From a virus (Duplodnaviria > Caudoviricetes): DNA of 43,549 nucleotides. Of the stretch, positions 13,402-22,765 are shown in pieces (the first letter of the stretch is position 1; every line of letters begins with the position of its first letter). Location: positions 1 to 43,549 of IMG/VR virus record IMGVR_UViG_3300017766_005792; one strand, given 5' to 3'. The translations under genes and the position numbers were made by a program. The notes below the pieces were generated by a model. It was given only the letters and a program-made list of their open reading frames with translations, was not told the origin of the DNA and made no database searches.

Positions 13402-15927
13402 ATGGCAAAGCGAGTACCGATCGGAACCGAGTCCACCCGCGCTGACAACTCCGTCTGGAAGAAGCTCGATACGGGCTGGAAACAGCTTCAGGACGGGGAT
13501 GATACCAGCCGCTCCAAGTTCAAGGTCACGGGCGAGGCCGACCCTAGCAGGGACGTCGAAAAGGGCCTTTGGGCCAGCATGCAGGAGAAGTACGACCTCG
13601 ACGGGCGAGTCCCGGACGAGTCGGTCCCTCCCGAGCATGTTGAGATCGACTCCGAGGGGGATATCGACTCCAAGCCTGTTCTGAAGTGGAAGAACGCCGC
13701 CGGCAAGGTGATGAAGTCCTACACCCGCGCCTTCCACACCCAGCGCGCCTACGCGCTCCACAAGGAGTGCGGCAAGTATCACTCTAAGATCATGAAGGCC
13801 ATGGATACCCTTGAGGGCATGATGAACAAGCAGGACGCGGGTGCCGCGACTGCTTACGCCTCCATGATTACGGGCCACCGCCCCAGTGTCTTCATGTCCC
13901 TCACCCCCGACAAGATGCGGGTCTACCGGGACAACAAGGACGCCAAGAAGTCGCACGCGCTCGACTACTTCATCGAGAAGGCTGACACGCGCGACGCAAT
14001 GCACCCGAACCGCTTCCACTTCATGGTGGAGCACCCTTCGCAGGGCGCCTTTATCGCCAACGTCTACGACCCAGCCCTCTCGGATTACGCCAACGGCGGC
14101 GGCTCGTTCGCTGAGCCTACCGAGGCATTCGCCACCGTCGGGCTGCAGGACGTGAACTTCAAGGTCCTTCGCGCCCACGCCAACATGCGCATGGCTGCGG
14201 ACGCCATGTCCAAGAGCGCACCGGTGAGGATGGATGACGTGGACTTCCATCAGGGAATGTCCAAGGTCAACCAAGTCATCATGAACGTCTCGGACGCCGT
14301 CGCTCGCAACTACGGCCACGGTGCTGCTCCGAACGGAATGGTCTATCTGCCCGTCCCCATGTCGGTCGCGGCTGTGGACGAGGCTGGTGGTAGCAAATAC
14401 TGGCCTGATACCTTCAAGAAGCGTGAGCCTTACGTCGAAAATCGAGGACTTGACATGGACGACATCACTTCTGAGCTCGAGGCCATGGGTGAGGACGTTG
14501 CAGAAGATGAGGGTGCCGACACCGCTGAGGAGGATGTCGAGAAGGACATCACTGATGGCGATCAGGACATCATGAAGTCGGAGTACGCTGGCGTCAATTT
14601 TACTCCTCCTGCGGGGGTTCGCGCGGCGTGTCGCGCTGGTCTGAAGCTCAAGGAGGAGGGTCACGGCGGTAAGGGTCTCGTTGCCGCCACTGTTGCGTGG
14701 GCTCGACGCCTCGCCGCTGGTCAGAAGATCTCGCCGGCCAAGGCCCGCAAGATGAACGCTTGGTTCGCTCGCCACTCGGTCGGCAGCAGCTCTCGTACGC
14801 TCGGCGACAAGACCTCGCCGGCTTGGGTGGCTTGGCAGCTCTGGGGTGGCAACGCCGGCAAGGCGTGGTCGGCCAAGCTCGTGCGCCAGATGGAGTCGCG
14901 CGAGGCGAAGAAGTCCATGCTCGATGACATCAAGATCGAGCCGATCGAGAAGCCCGAGTTCTCGGTTTACCTTTCCTCCAAGTACCTCAAGGACGTCAGC
15001 CCGGAGATTCTCAAGAGTCTCTACGAGCACGTGAACAAGGAGCAGCCATGCGATACCTCTCCCAGCGAGGAAAAGATCTCCTCGAGCGAGCCCTCTCCTA
15101 CCCCCTCCCCGAGCCCGATCGAAAAGTCGATCTCGACGATGACGACTGCGGAAGTGAGCTCGAGGACTGCTTCCCCCTCCCTCGCGCCTTCGCCCAGCCC
15201 GGCAACATGCGAAAAGCCCCCCTCCCAGGGCCCCGCGCATCTGCTGGCCGAGCCCAAAGTCCAGCAGGTGCTGGCAGCCAGCGTTCTCGCCAGCTCGCGC
15301 GGGACAATCCCGCCGCAGTCAGTCGTTGAGGCTCTGCGCTGCGCTCTCCTGAGTGACCTCGATGGGATGGTGGCGGCGCTTTCGAAGGCCGGCGCTACCC
15401 CGGGCCCGCAGGCTGCTCCCGAGGGCTCTGTCTCGCGTTACGCGGACGGTACGGTCGTCGAGAAGCGCGGCGGTAAGTGGCAGGAGGTCAAGACCGACAA
15501 GGGTCGACCTGACGCTGACAGACCAGGTGCCGGTGGTGGTAAGAAGTCCGACCCGAAAACCAAGCGCCGCTCGGCCAAGAAGCTCCTCTCGGTCTACCGT
15601 CAGAAGCTTGACACCCTGAGCCGTCAGGGTGGGTCGAAGGGTGAGATCGCTGCGCTCAAGACCAAGATCAAGACCCTGAAGCAGAAGATGCGCGGCATGG
15701 CCAAGGCTGCCGACCCGTTCGCTGCTTGGGAGAAGGATCGCGTCCGCGAGTGCGTCCGCAAGTCGGCCACCTACTGCAAGTACCTCGGGTACAATAACCC
15801 CGGCCAGCTTCTGTATGCCGTCGCCGCAGGTGACACTCCCGCTGACGTCACCGTCGCTGTGAAGGCCGCTACCAAGTACCTCGGCGAGAAGTTCGGCCTC
15901 GTGCTCGAGAAGGAGCTCGCAAAGTGA
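13402..15927 (+). CDS. 841-aa multi-domain putative head-associated protein with divergent topoisomerase IB-like N-terminal domain
   Basis: SD GGAAAGG; strong GC3 bias; overlaps the portal start; TopIB-like motif order; a second module PPAGVRAA...WQLWGGNAG that I recall from phage head-gene neighbourhoods. Confidence 0.75.
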   Translation: MAKRVPIGTESTRADNSVWKKLDTGWKQLQDGDDTSRSKFKVTGEADPSRDVEKGLWASMQEKYDLDGRVPDESVPPEHVEIDSEGDIDSKPVLKWKNAAGKVMKSYTRAFHTQRAYALHKECGKYHSKIMKAMDTLEGMMNKQDAGAATAYASMITGHRPSVFMSLTPDKMRVYRDNKDAKKSHALDYFIEKADTRDAMHPNRFHFMVEHPSQGAFIANVYDPALSDYANGGGSFAEPTEAFATVGLQDVNFKVLRAHANMRMAADAMSKSAPVRMDDVDFHQGMSKVNQVIMNVSDAVARNYGHGAAPNGMVYLPVPMSVAAVDEAGGSKYWPDTFKKREPYVENRGLDMDDITSELEAMGEDVAEDEGADTAEEDVEKDITDGDQDIMKSEYAGVNFTPPAGVRAACRAGLKLKEEGHGGKGLVAATVAWARRLAAGQKISPAKARKMNAWFARHSVGSSSRTLGDKTSPAWVAWQLWGGNAGKAWSAKLVRQMESREAKKSMLDDIKIEPIEKPEFSVYLSSKYLKDVSPEILKSLYEHVNKEQPCDTSPSEEKISSSEPSPTPSPSPIEKSISTMTTAEVSSRTASPSLAPSPSPATCEKPPSQGPAHLLAEPKVQQVLAASVLASSRGTIPPQSVVEALRCALLSDLDGMVAALSKAGATPGPQAAPEGSVSRYADGTVVEKRGGKWQEVKTDKGRPDADRPGAGGGKKSDPKTKRRSAKKLLSVYRQKLDTLSRQGGSKGEIAALKTKIKTLKQKMRGMAKAADPFAAWEKDRVRECVRKSATYCKYLGYNNPGQLLYAVAAGDTPADVTVAVKAATKYLGEKFGLVLEKELAK

Positions 15928-17414
15928 AGGAGCAACCCACCAAGTCCACCTCTACCGAGGTGAAGAAGGTCGGACGTCGGTGGGTTGCGGTCACTCCCCC
16001 GCGATCCGCTAACGCGGACTTCATCAACGACGCTCACCTGATGGCCCGCACCGGGTCGACGGGTGACTACCACTACGGCACGCTCAGCATCACGTACGAC
16101 ATGCTCGAGCAGATGGCGAACGTGCCGCAGATCGCAGGCATCCATCAGACCCGAGCGAATCAGGGTACTGATTGGGCTCGTCCGCAGGAAAATCCCGTGG
16201 ACATCGGCTGGCGCCTCCGCATGGAAAAGCGTCAGGCGCTGCCGCTACGTAAGGATCGCATCGCCATCGAGAAGGCCTCAGAGGTCATCGCTCGCGCTGG
16301 TGCCGAGTGGCTGCCGGGAGGATTTGAGCAGTTCCTCCGCGTCATCATCCCGGACTCGCTCACCTACGATCAGGTCAACTTCGAGATCTTGAAGGAGCGC
16401 GACGGGACCCCGTACGCCTTCATCCCGGTCGACCCTAAGACTATCCGTCGCGCCATCCCGACGCAGGAGATTTATGGTGGGGAGCCTGCTCCCCGCTACG
16501 GTCGTTGGGACTTTAACGAAGGCTTCGTGCAGGTCATGACCTCGGGCGAGATCGTGAATTACTACGAGCCTGGGACCATGGCTTGGGGTATTCGCCGCCC
16601 CCGCTCGAACATCAAGTTCTCCGGCTACGGTCACCCCGAGCTCGAGCAGCTGGCGTCTATCATCACCGGCCTCGTGAACGCTCAGACCTTTAATCAGGTC
16701 AACTTCACGACCGGCATCCACGCCCACACGGCCCTCGTCCTTAAGTCCGCTTGGGACCAGAACCGATTTAACGAGTTCAAGCGAGAAATCCAGACCTCCA
16801 TGGCCGGCGGACGGAATTTCAAGCGCATCCCGATTATTCAGCTCTCGAATCAGCTGCAGGAAGAGCTCCAAGCCATCGCTCTCGGAAAATCGAACTCCGA
16901 GATGGAATTCGCCGAGTGGATTAATTGGCTCCTGAAGGTCTCCTGCTCGCTCTACGCCATCGACCCGTCGGAGATGGGCTACGTCTTCGGCGCGGAGGGT
17001 TCGAAGTCGAATTTCATCAACACCTCCCCCATGGACCGAATTCTTCAGTCCAAGGAGCGTGGCCTTCGTCCCCTGCTTCGCGCCATCCAGTCTTGGATTG
17101 ACTACTACGTCATCAAGCCGACGTGGCCGCAGCTGAAGTTCGAGTTCGCTGGCTTCGATGCGAGCAACGAGCGCGAAAAGCACGACATGGACATGGCGGC
17201 GGTCACGACTTATCGCACGCCGAACGAGCTCCGCGTGGAGCGTGGTCTCGAGCCTCTCCCCACGCCTATTGCAGACCTGCCCCTGAACGCATTTTTCTCG
17301 CAGGCCGCGCAGAAGATTCTCGAAAACGACGTCGCTCCGCCGCAGTTCGACATCGACACGGTTGGTGCTTTTGTTGACGGTCGTAGACTTCCGCCGTTGA
17401 CAAAGCCCGCGTGA
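15924..17414 (+). CDS. Portal protein (SPO1/Herelleviridae-like)
   Basis: DSLTYDQVNFE, FIPVDPKTIR, GYGHPELE, EMEFAEWINWL..CSLYAIDPSEMG, SKERGLRPLL and TPNELR. Confidence 0.93.
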   Translation: MKEQPTKSTSTEVKKVGRRWVAVTPPRSANADFINDAHLMARTGSTGDYHYGTLSITYDMLEQMANVPQIAGIHQTRANQGTDWARPQENPVDIGWRLRMEKRQALPLRKDRIAIEKASEVIARAGAEWLPGGFEQFLRVIIPDSLTYDQVNFEILKERDGTPYAFIPVDPKTIRRAIPTQEIYGGEPAPRYGRWDFNEGFVQVMTSGEIVNYYEPGTMAWGIRRPRSNIKFSGYGHPELEQLASIITGLVNAQTFNQVNFTTGIHAHTALVLKSAWDQNRFNEFKREIQTSMAGGRNFKRIPIIQLSNQLQEELQAIALGKSNSEMEFAEWINWLLKVSCSLYAIDPSEMGYVFGAEGSKSNFINTSPMDRILQSKERGLRPLLRAIQSWIDYYVIKPTWPQLKFEFAGFDASNEREKHDMDMAAVTTYRTPNELRVERGLEPLPTPIADLPLNAFFSQAAQKILENDVAPPQFDIDTVGAFVDGRRLPPLTKPA

Positions 17415-17460
17415 ACGCATTTTATGGCTACGGATTCTGCGAGGTTCTTAGAGTTCGAGC

Positions 17461-18171
17461 ATGTCTTCGTACGTAGCACTCCATTCTTCAGGTGATTTTT
17501 TGGCTTGGCTCCCGGCCGATATTACGGTTTCGGAGCCAATTACCAAGTCGGGTGAGGCCGGTGAGCCTCGTCTGCTTGCTCCCATTAGCGGCATCGCCTC
17601 GAGCGAAACCGCTGATGCGGACGAGGACGAGATCGACCAAGCCGGGCTCGATTGGAATTTTTGCCTGAAGAAGGGCATTTTTACTTACGAGCACCCGGTC
17701 GACATCGCGCGCCTCGCCGGCTACCCCGAGAAAGTTGAGCAGGTTCGCCTGAGCAGCGGGGCCCTCGCCACTCGAGTTAGCGGGCAGTTGTACCTCAACC
17801 GGCCGTTCGGCAAGTTGGTGTACGACACGCAGAAGGCCATGGCAGAGGCCGGTGGCCGGCGCACCCTCGGATTTTCTATCGAGGGTCGTGTCATGCCGGG
17901 TGGTCGTAAGGGCAAACGCGTTACTAAGGCGCAGGTTCTGTCTATTGCGATTAGTCCTGTTCCGAAAAATCCAGACACGTGGATGGATATTGCAGCCTCG
18001 ATGTTCAATCGTGGCTATGCCGCTGGTGACATGGCTAAGGCCATTGCGACAGTGGACGCAAATTCTACACTTCTGAACAAGGAACAAGTCATCAACCGAC
18101 TGGTCAAAGAGTTTCAACACCTGAATTGGAAGCAGGCTGAGAAGCTCGCAGATGTAATCATGGCTGGCTGA
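17461..18171 (+). CDS. Prohead protease
   Basis: GIASSE..DADEDEIDQAGLD...YEH, LGFSIEG and AISPVPKNPDT; lies between portal and capsid. Confidence 0.9.
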   Translation: MSSYVALHSSGDFLAWLPADITVSEPITKSGEAGEPRLLAPISGIASSETADADEDEIDQAGLDWNFCLKKGIFTYEHPVDIARLAGYPEKVEQVRLSSGALATRVSGQLYLNRPFGKLVYDTQKAMAEAGGRRTLGFSIEGRVMPGGRKGKRVTKAQVLSIAISPVPKNPDTWMDIAASMFNRGYAAGDMAKAIATVDANSTLLNKEQVINRLVKEFQHLNWKQAEKLADVIMAG

Positions 18172-18199
18172 TCCAGCTTAACCTTCCTAAGGAGCTATC

Positions 18200-18841
18200 A
18201 TGAAAGCAAGCGAGCGACTCGCGAAGCTTCGGGACCTGAAGGTCCCCGAGGCGCAGGCTATGGATCTTGTGAAGTCCGCCATTTCGAGCGGCGACGTCGA
18301 GAACGATCTCGAGGAGTCCCCCAGCATCGACGTGAAGAAGCTCGAGGGTATCCTCGAGGAGCTTCGCAAGTCGCAGGGCGAGACGGTTGCGGCGCCTGCT
18401 GAGGTTCCCGCCGATTTCAAGGGCCTGCTCGACGCCACGATCGGTGAGGTCCGGGCCGAGACCTCGAAGCTCTCGAAGGCGCTCGTCCACATCGGCGAGA
18501 TGGTCTCGGAGCTGTCGGTTCACCTGACCTCTCTCGACCAGCGCAACGCTGAGATCGCCAAGTCGCTTGGTGGTCCCGTGGCCCGCCCGGCCGCCATCGC
18601 CCCCCAGTCGGTGATCGGCGCCGTGACCAGCGCTCCCTCGCCCCATGACCAGCTCGCCCCCGGCGCCTCGCCTGACGACGTTGTTCGTCTCCGCAAGAGC
18701 CTCGTTGGCAAGCTGACCGCCGAACTCCGTGGTGGGGCTTCGGACGACGCTCGTCGTCTCGAGCTTGCTACTGCTCTCGCCAACGCCGCGTACACCAATG
18801 ACCCCGCCGCCTTCGCCAAGAGCGTCGGCATCAGCCTGTAA
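18200..18841 (+). CDS. Probable scaffolding protein
   Basis: Helical/coiled-coil, many KS/KA motifs, between protease and capsid; SD AAGGAG. Confidence 0.7.
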   Translation: MKASERLAKLRDLKVPEAQAMDLVKSAISSGDVENDLEESPSIDVKKLEGILEELRKSQGETVAAPAEVPADFKGLLDATIGEVRAETSKLSKALVHIGEMVSELSVHLTSLDQRNAEIAKSLGGPVARPAAIAPQSVIGAVTSAPSPHDQLAPGASPDDVVRLRKSLVGKLTAELRGGASDDARRLELATALANAAYTNDPAAFAKSVGISL

Positions 18842-18852
18842 GGAGACATCAC

Positions 18853-20400
18853 ATGTTCGATCTCGAGTCGCTCAAGGCCGACGCCGTTAACGGTGGCGGA
18901 CTCATTGCTAAGATGGCGGAGGCCCTCACCGAGGCTCAGGTTGGTAACCTCGAGCCGATGGCGAAGTCGGGTCTCTTCAACGCGGACCTCCAGCGCGCCG
19001 GCGTCAGCCTCTCGAAGGCTGAGGGCGTGAACTACCCGCTGCAGGGCGTTCCGTTCGGTTCGCAGGACCTGCCGCAGGGCCAGTTCGCTCCGCTGGTTCC
19101 CCAGTCGATCGACAACGTCCTCACCTCGATCACCTACAGCGACAAGCACCTGAAGCTCTTCAAGATGCTTCCGCGCAAGTCGTGGGGCTCGACGGTGTAC
19201 GAGTACGCTCAGATCGTGACGAACGGTTCTGAGGGTCTCGACGGCTTCGTCGGCGAGGGCTCGGTCGGTGGTCTCAGCGAGGCGTCGTACCGCCGCGCCG
19301 TGGCGCAGATCAAGTACCTGACCGAGTACTTCGAGGTCACCGACGTGGCCACGATGATCACGGGTACGCTCGCCAACCAGAACCTCCTCTCGATGCGTAC
19401 GCAGCAGGCCACCCTGCACCTCGCGCGTAAGATCGAGGAGCAGATCCTCTGGGCTGACAGCTCGCTCTCGCCCAACCACTGGGACGGTATCCTCACCCAG
19501 GTGAAGAAGGAGGCCCCGGCCAACTTCCTCAACTCGGCCGGCGCTCGCGTCGATGCGGACCGCCTCCAGCAGCTCGCTACCCTCATTGAGCAGGGACCGC
19601 GCTGGGGTACTCCCGAAGTTTGCTTCGTCACGGCCGAGCACTACCGTAACCTCGCGCAGGAGCTCGACCTCTACGCCCGCGCCAAGTTCAACGAGGGCAC
19701 CAAGAACTTCCGCCTCGGCGCGGATGGCATCGAGTTCGTCACGCCGTTCGGTAACGTCGTGAAGCTCATGCCGCTGTTCTTCCTCGATCGCGGTCGTAAG
19801 ACCCCCATCCCGACCTCGGTTGGCGATGGCGCTCCTGAGGCGATCATCCCCTCGCTTACCCGCGTTGCGGCCCCCGTTGACGGGTCCGGCTTCACGGCGG
19901 CGGACGTCGGTCGCGACTACTACTTCGCCTTCGAGATCGTCGGCGATGAGGGTACGCTCCCGACGGGCATCATCGGCCCCGTCACCATCCAGGCCGCCGG
20001 CGACGCCGTTCGGTTTGACATGGCTGACTCTGCGGTGCCGAAGCAGGGCTCGAAGTCGATCCGTTACGTCCGCGTGTTCGCCGCCTCGGTTGCGAACGGT
20101 GCTGACGCTCCGGACATCTCGCGCTTCCGCCCGGCTGGCTCGTTCGCTCGTAACGCTGCCAACGCTGGCAACACCCGCGCGAACATCCTCCTCGACGTCC
20201 GTCCGGACTCGGCCCCGATCATCATCTCGGAGTGGAATTCCAGCGTCGTGCAGATGCTCGAGCTCCTGCCGATGATGCGTCGTCCGCTGCCCGTGCCGCG
20301 CGCCCTGAAGCAGCAGTTCGCTCTGCTCTACTTCGCGGCCCCGGTTGTGATGCAGCCGAACAAGATGATCGTCGACATGAACGTCGAGTCGCGTACCTGA
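18853..20400 (+). CDS. Major capsid protein
   Basis: PLVPQSIDNVL..ITYSD..LKLFK, STVYEY, LARKIEEQILWAD and WDGI resemble SPO1/phage K-type capsids; strongest codon bias in the window. Confidence 0.92.
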   Translation: MFDLESLKADAVNGGGLIAKMAEALTEAQVGNLEPMAKSGLFNADLQRAGVSLSKAEGVNYPLQGVPFGSQDLPQGQFAPLVPQSIDNVLTSITYSDKHLKLFKMLPRKSWGSTVYEYAQIVTNGSEGLDGFVGEGSVGGLSEASYRRAVAQIKYLTEYFEVTDVATMITGTLANQNLLSMRTQQATLHLARKIEEQILWADSSLSPNHWDGILTQVKKEAPANFLNSAGARVDADRLQQLATLIEQGPRWGTPEVCFVTAEHYRNLAQELDLYARAKFNEGTKNFRLGADGIEFVTPFGNVVKLMPLFFLDRGRKTPIPTSVGDGAPEAIIPSLTRVAAPVDGSGFTAADVGRDYYFAFEIVGDEGTLPTGIIGPVTIQAAGDAVRFDMADSAVPKQGSKSIRYVRVFAASVANGADAPDISRFRPAGSFARNAANAGNTRANILLDVRPDSAPIIISEWNSSVVQMLELLPMMRRPLPVPRALKQQFALLYFAAPVVMQPNKMIVDMNVESRT

Positions 20401-20412
20401 TGTTCCTGTGTT

Positions 20413-20455
20413 AAAAAGAAGGGGAGGATCCCACGGGTCCTCCCCTTTTTCTTTT
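20413..20455 (+). terminator. Intrinsic terminator after the capsid gene (possibly bidirectional)
   Basis: GGGGAGGATCC-CAC-GGGTCCTCCCC followed by TTTTTCTTTT and preceded by an A-run. Confidence 0.9.
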
Positions 20456-20465
20456 GGAGGTTCTA

Positions 20466-20978
20466 ATGAAGGTCTACTCGCACAAGTGGAACAAGAGTAA
20501 CGAGCGCATCTGCGTCGGACCGTACGTGTACATCTGCACGGCGCCTCTCGGCGTTCTGCGCCCCCAGCCCAAGACCCCTCAGGAGGTTCAGGTTCTGGTC
20601 CTGTCCAAGATGTTCAACATGGTCGACGATGCCCCTGCAAAGGAAGAAGGCACCGACTATGTCGAGTCGCACGCCGTCAAGGCGGAGCCTGTGGTCGAGG
20701 TATTTTCTCTGACGCCGCCGGCTGACGCCGTCCTCGAGGAAATGCTCGAGGCTGCGGAGTCCGTTGCGGCTGAGCTCGACAACGAATTTATCGATGTTGA
20801 GTCCGACCTCGAGCCGGAGGTTGAGCAGCTTGGTCCTGAGGTTCCTGAGAACCCTGAGTTCGCGAACTATTCCACTGGCGAGCTTCTCGGCCTGTGTGAG
20901 AGTCTGAATATCAAGGTTCGTAAAAATGCCTCTCGCGCGTCTCTCATCGAGAAGCTGGTGGCTGCCGCAAAGGGCTGA
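20466..20978 (+). CDS. Acidic hypothetical protein with C-terminal Rho-N/HeH-like helical motif
   Basis: SD GGAGG before ATG 20466; YSTGELLGLCESLNIKVRKNASRASLIEKL. Confidence 0.7.
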   Translation: MKVYSHKWNKSNERICVGPYVYICTAPLGVLRPQPKTPQEVQVLVLSKMFNMVDDAPAKEEGTDYVESHAVKAEPVVEVFSLTPPADAVLEEMLEAAESVAAELDNEFIDVESDLEPEVEQLGPEVPENPEFANYSTGELLGLCESLNIKVRKNASRASLIEKLVAAAKG

Positions 20979-20980
20979 TA

Positions 20981-21922
20981 ATGGCTATCACCGACATCAT
21001 CACTCCTGCGTACCTCCGCACCTACCTCTCGGGTGTGGAGTTCTACAATCGCAGCAACGTGCCCTACATCCCGGATGATGTGTTTCTCATGCACATCAAC
21101 TCGGCTGTGGCGCAGCTCGAGACCGAGCTCAGCGTCCCGCTGCGGGGGACCATTGGCGCGACGTCTACGCAGGACCTTGATGTCGTGGACTGGGATATGA
21201 GCCGGTGGAACCTCCACCGGCTCCCTGTCCGTCCCGTGAACAAGATTACGGGTATTCGACTGCAGTACAGCAATTATCCCTCGTGGGAGCTCCCGGCTGA
21301 CTGGGTGGTTATCCGTTCCAAGGTACAGGGCGCAATTCAGGTTCTCCCCGGAGCCGGAAATATTCGGTACCTGCAGGGTCCGTGGGTGAAGTACGCCTAC
21401 ATCAACTTCAACCACGTCACCCCTGCGTACCTTCACATCGACTACGAGACAGGTTTCGAGTCGGTCATCGGTACGGGTACGGTCGAAGAAGACTCCAAGG
21501 ACCTGACCATCACCACCTTGGACTCGAAGCCCCTGACCAATAAAGTCCTGCCGGGCGCGTGGCTTCTTCTCGACGGCGTCGCTTACCAGGTGGCCCGAGT
21601 AAAAAGCGCGACCGTGATCGAGCTTGGAAAAGCTGTCTCTGCTGATTTTAGCGGAGACGTGATTTTGGCCGACTACGACAGCCTGATGATCGGCGCTGCG
21701 CTAGCCTCGGCCTCTCAGCCAATCCTTGAGTCGCTCGGCACGTTCCTTTACGGCCCAGGCGTGACCTCCCGGAGCATCGGCATCGACGGCCTTTCCCAGA
21801 GCAAGGGTATTCGAGGCGACGGACCTTTCGGAGGCTGGATCAAGCTGAACCAGGCTCGCTACGAAAAGGCGATCGAAGTCCTTCGAGCCAAGTGGGGCTC
21901 CACCAACATGCTGGTGATGTAA
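20981..21922 (+). CDS. Putative head-tail adaptor/neck protein
   Basis: Position; INSAVAQLETEL, YLHIDYETGF and GVTSRSIGIDGLSQS. Confidence 0.7.
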   Translation: MAITDIITPAYLRTYLSGVEFYNRSNVPYIPDDVFLMHINSAVAQLETELSVPLRGTIGATSTQDLDVVDWDMSRWNLHRLPVRPVNKITGIRLQYSNYPSWELPADWVVIRSKVQGAIQVLPGAGNIRYLQGPWVKYAYINFNHVTPAYLHIDYETGFESVIGTGTVEEDSKDLTITTLDSKPLTNKVLPGAWLLLDGVAYQVARVKSATVIELGKAVSADFSGDVILADYDSLMIGAALASASQPILESLGTFLYGPGVTSRSIGIDGLSQSKGIRGDGPFGGWIKLNQARYEKAIEVLRAKWGSTNMLVM

Positions 21923-21923
21923 A

Positions 21924-22763
21924 ATGCGCTTCCCATCCTACAGACCTGCTGGCCGAGATAATTTCCGAGTCGACCTCGTCGAGGAGGATTTTCGGAATCG
22001 CGTTTGGGAGGATGGGACACTCGTGGACTGGCAGCAGGCCTGCGACTGTCCCTGCGGTACCGTCTCGAATATCGAGGGGCGGACAGCAGCTGTTCGAGAT
22101 TTTCCGCTGGACTGTCCTCTCTGCAACGGCAAGGGAAAGGTCTACGCCCCAGCCCAAGAAATCACCGTCCTCATGACGGCCTCCTCTACAGCTGAGGAGG
22201 TTTACAACGTCTGGGGCGAGTACTCGTCCGGTACCGTGTACATCACCTTCCTCCCGGAAAATCTTCCGATGGAGTGGGACAAGGTGACCCTGAAGCAGGG
22301 GTCCCGGATGTACACCGAGTCTCGAATCAGAAAGGGTGTGATCGACGGCGCCCGCTACGCCATCACCAAGCGAAAAATCATCATGGGCTCCGAAACCGAT
22401 CCGACCGTACCGGTCGAGGTCGAGCTCGGGGTGACAGCCTGTTACCGTGGGATTCAGCTGGGTGGTGCTAGCGAAACGCCACTTGTCGAAAACGTCGACT
22501 TCGCGGTCACGGCCGACGGCTACATCGACTGGACCCTCGGGATAGCACTAGGAACAGCTCCCGCTGTCGGAGAACGCTACTCCATCCGTTATTTCGCGCG
22601 CCCAGTATTCGTCGTCCGCGATTTTCCGTACGTCCGGCGAGACTTTTTCGAGGAGATCCGCAGGGAGCTCGTCTACCAGAACTACCCCATCAAGGTTCTG
22701 GCTATTCTCGAGCACCTCGGAACCTTCACCAGTCCAGCGTCACCTCCTGACACGGGGCCCTGA
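21924..22763 (+). CDS. Putative head-closure/neck protein
   Basis: W..ACDCPC...CPLCNGKG motif typical of SPO1-like neck proteins. Confidence 0.7.
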   Translation: MRFPSYRPAGRDNFRVDLVEEDFRNRVWEDGTLVDWQQACDCPCGTVSNIEGRTAAVRDFPLDCPLCNGKGKVYAPAQEITVLMTASSTAEEVYNVWGEYSSGTVYITFLPENLPMEWDKVTLKQGSRMYTESRIRKGVIDGARYAITKRKIIMGSETDPTVPVEVELGVTACYRGIQLGGASETPLVENVDFAVTADGYIDWTLGIALGTAPAVGERYSIRYFARPVFVVRDFPYVRRDFFEEIRRELVYQNYPIKVLAILEHLGTFTSPASPPDTGP

Positions 22764-22765
22764 CC

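Noticed and set aside
13300-15240. 646-aa antisense ORF
   Set aside because: Shadow of the strongly GC3-biased plus-strand gene; unnatural R/L/V/G/H-rich composition and no motifs.
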